Assembly (NCBI RefSeq): GCF_006345805.1
Contig: NC_042998.1
Coordinates: forward strand, 69,006,001 to 69,070,000
Direction: 5' to 3'
Source: Octopus sinensis
Lineage: Eukaryota
Length of the DNA stretch: 64,000 bases
In this document: positions 60,845-64,000 of the stretch, piece after piece
Layout: every line of letters starts with the position of its first letter
Position numbering within the stretch: the stretch's first letter is position 1
Notes under the pieces: model-generated
Databases searched by the model: none
Seen by the model: only the letters and a program-made list of their open reading frames with translations
What the model was told of the DNA's origin: nothing
Program-made: the position numbers and the translations under genes

Positions 60845-60933
60845 GACTCGCTGGTGTAAAGGTAACACACTTAGTCGCATTAACAAAGGGATGTGGGTTC
60901 GACTCCCACACGGATAGGAAAGCCTTCTTTTTT
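60845..60933 (+). pseudogene. tRNA-like Pol III unit (tRNA pseudogene or rare SINE head)
   Basis: A box TGGTGTAAAGG, D-stem GTGT/ACAC, perfect T arm GTGGG-TTCGACT-CCCAC, T6 at 60928-60933; acceptor and anticodon stems pair poorly. Confidence 0.55.
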
Positions 60934-61451
60934 CTGTCAAGGGCTTACATGCTCCTTTATTAGACTATTTTCCTTAGTCATTGCAGTGATTGCCATAGCT
61001 CTAAGCTTATATAAAAATACCATTATTATTATTTACAGGATTGTAAGATATGGCACCTTATACAAAAACCATTCACACCAAAAGCATATATATATATATA
61101 GTTAATTTGAGAAAGTTATAGCCTCATTAGGGATTAAATAATCCAAGGTATCCCACTGGTTAATCCCTATCATAAAATGTGGAAGTCATTGGTATATGTT
61201 AGGGATTACTGAAGTTATATATAATCAATATTGAGGGAAAAAAAAGAAGAGAATGGAGAAATAATGGATGTATGAATAATTTATTTGTATGTTATAAAAT
61301 GATGAAAATTTGTTTTAAAAGACAAAACAGTACAAATAAATTGATTACAAGTTGTAAAACTCTCACAATAAAATAAAGGAACCTACATATATGTTTCAGT
61401 CCCATGACATTAGTTGATAAGAATTTCTAAGCATTTGGTTAAATGCTAAGA

Positions 61452-61641
61452 AAGGTATCATATTGTAACTATATAGTGGTAGGACTTCTTCAGGGTCAAT
61501 TCAGAGCTCATGGAACTTAGGTAATCATTTTTGTTTTTTGCAGGACGCATCCTTCAGAAGAAAAATGATTACCTAAGTTCCATTAGCTCAAAATTAATCC
61601 TGAAGAAGTCCTACTCCTATATAGTTAGAATATGATACCTT
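61452..61641. repeat. Fold-back element, about 80-bp arms, 28-nt loop
   Basis: 61452-61532 is the near-perfect reverse complement of 61561-61641. Confidence 0.92.
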
Positions 61642-62379
61642 AATGACTATGTTATTAAGTTATGATACACAAGTGTAGTTCGCCACTATTTTCCATAGGC
61701 AAATCAATACTCACTGTACTGTTGCAAATATAATAAAGTTGTAGAATTTCTGCCTACACCCTTCCTACATATTGAGTAGGGTCATTTACTGGAAGGGTGA
61801 AAGGCTCTATCCAATTTCTTGCTCACTGGGACCTTAGCCTTATGCATACGGTCTGCTACAACAAAATTAGAATACATAAAAATGTGTCCATTTGTTATGA
61901 ATTGTGATTCTCACCTTATCATCATCATCATCGTTTAATGTCTGCTTCCCATGCTAGCATGGGTTGGACGATTTGACTGAAGACTGGCGAACCAGATGGC
62001 TGCACCAGGCTCCAATCTTGATCTGGCAGAGTTTCTACAGCTGGATGCCCTTCCTAATGCCAACCACTCCGAGAGTGTAGTGGGTGCTTTTACATGCCAC
62101 CGGCATGGGGGCCAGTCAGGTAGTACTGGCAAAGAAATTAGCTATAAACGGGTTGGAACTTGTGACCTCATGGTTGTCAAGCGAGTTTTTTAACCATTGT
62201 CATATAATGTATTTTTTGTAACATCCGCAACCCAAACAGATCCATCATCAGTCATATATCTATATCATGCAGCTGTAGTTTCTTGCACACTACATCTGAT
62301 TTTTCTCATGCACATTGTTTTTATCTCAACACATTTGTACTCTGTCACTCATGCATATGTACATCAAGCATCAAATGGA

Positions 62380-63960
62380 TCATGCTTGCTTTAATTTCTC
62401 GTCTTCTCAAGCCCTCCATATTTAAGGCCCATGTTTCATGATTATGCAGCACTGCAGTTCTAACTCAAACACCATACAACCTGCCCTTCATTTTGTTACC
62501 AACAGCAATAGTAACTCCTTGATCTTTCTCCAACCTGTCCTTATTCTGGTTACTATCCTTTTGGAGCAACCACCTCCCTTGTCAATGACATCTCCAAGGT
62601 AACAAAAGCTATCAACTACGTCCAGTGAGCCACGCAAACATTCAAATGAGTTCTTAGAATGTACTGCTCCGTACATCTATCCCATACAAAGCTTATATTC
62701 AGGAACAGTCTGCTTGTGATTCCATTACATCTCGCGTGTGTCCATAACTTACACCAAGTACTATGTATGGTGTTTATACCTACTCCCTTTCTGCATATCA
62801 AACAAGGCCATTTCCCTGAGGACACCAGTTTACTAAAACTTTTTTTTGCTAAAATTACTTTGAGGCCTTACAATTCTAGGTTTAGTTTCCATGCTTGGAA
62901 TTTCCTCTCTGATTCTCCTGTAAATTCACCTGAGAGCTAGGTAACCACCAAATTACTGAACATGGTAGCCCGTCAAATACCTTCGCCAAACCAACAAAAG
63001 CCAAGAAGAGTGGTTTATTCTTAGCCAAATATTTCTCCTGCAGTTGCCTCACTAAGAAGACTGCATCTATGGTCACTCATCCAGGTACTAAACCAAACTG
63101 CATCTCATCAAAAGCTATTCTGTCATGATCCAATGACCTTTGTAACCAGGCCCAGTAATGAGATTCCTCAGTCAGTGATTCTCTGTAAGGCATCTTCTTC
63201 ACCTTTGTAGCAGTTTATGTTTGATGACAGTACAGTGCCAGTTATTAGGTATGACACCTTTCTGTATAATTCAATTTCCTCTCTGGGTAGTGAAAATACA
63301 TCCTACCTCACTAGATAGTTTGAGCATCTCTGCAACTATCCATGATGAATCCACAGCTTACTTTTTCTTCATGTATCTTATCACTTTATCTACCAAGAAG
63401 CTGTTGACTCAGATCATTGGTCACTTTGTGCAGTCAGTATGAAGTAGCCCTTTATCCCATGCATTCTCCACATCCAACAGCCTCTCATAATAGGACTTCC
63501 ATATTGTTGGTGAGTATACCTCTTCATCATTTTGAATACACTTCTCAGCAATTACATCTTGGTCCTCTCGCAAACCTTGTCTAGCAATCTTGACCACTTC
63601 TTCATGCATCTGATATCCTTGTTGTAGAACATGTGTAAATCTCTTCCTTTCTGCCTTACATTTAGCTAAACATATACCTTTCTAGATATTTGATCATGCT
63701 CCATACTACCACCACCTTCCTTCCAGGTTTTCCAAGCTTGTCCCTGAGTTTTACCACCCTAACAAACATGCCATTCTACCATCACATTACCATCCACAGA
63801 TGTGATCTGTCGCCATCAGTGGATTTTCTAACTGAAACTCCCAATTGTCACCTGTGTTACAGAAGGTATCTAACTCTTTCACCCAAGTTTTACACATTTA
63901 TTAGAATTTTTCTAAACCTATGACCAGCTGCAGGTCCTTTTAGCCTCCATGTCATCCTTC
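62380..63960 (-). mobile_element. Old fragmented RTE LINE
   Basis: DAVFLVRQLQEKYLAKNKPLFLAFV, WPCLICRKGVG, VDSFCYLGD, WKSYYERLLDVENAWD. Confidence 0.8.
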
Positions 63961-64000
63961 TCTATGTTGCCTTCCGTCTTTTTCATCTGACTTGCTCTAT

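Larger units (their letters stand above)
3221..61990. repeat. About 30 dispersed short RTE 3'-tail copies in both orientations (e.g. 3221-3540 -, 3590-3930 +, 13710-14170 -, 16705-17040 -, 17130-17372 +, 24512-24750 +, 31205-31620 -, 40870-41145 +, 54290-54700 -, 61918-62130 -)
   Basis: Shared GAGTGGTTGGCGTTAGGAAGGGCATCCAGCTGTAGAAAC...CCAACCCATGCYAGCATGGAAAACGGACGTTAAAC(GAT)n, identical in type to the 3' ends of the RTE LINEs in this window. Confidence 0.92.

Noticed and set aside
60845-60916. Functional tRNA gene
   Set aside because: The acceptor stem has three mismatches and there is no pairable anticodon stem; kept only as tRNA-like.
695-63923. Most short ORFs in the six-frame track
   Set aside because: They are recurrent translations of SINE/RTE-tail sequence (e.g. 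[23 protein letters not shown]) or microsatellites (YIYI, THTH, CVCV), not genes.

Overview
AT-rich, microsatellite-dense animal genomic DNA. The repeat families (RTE tails ending in (GAT)n, tRNA-derived SINEs, TTAA MITEs) look like those of octopod cephalopods; this assignment is from recall, not a search. One protein-coding gene is well supported: a minus-strand calcium-responsive transcription factor (CARF/ALS2CR8) orthologue. I assembled it by hand from 12 GT-AG coding exons (38998 down to 11438). All splice phases join, giving 2244 nt including the stop (747 aa). The last exon, a candidate 36-nt microexon and the 5' non-coding exon/promoter (about 45-47 kb) are less certain. The rest is mostly decayed or nested mobile DNA: RTE and CR1 LINEs, a HERO-like RLE LINE fragment, about 30 RTE 3'-tail copies, several SINE families, hAT/Tc1/piggyBac/Helentron non-autonomous elements, and Penelope-type remnants with minimal hammerhead motifs. 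The least explained structure is a young 1.8-kb composite tandem array (343-bp x about 2.8 plus 157-bp x 5, abutting an RTE tail) in a CARF intron. No prokaryotic system, true CRISPR array, rRNA or canonical tRNA gene was found.
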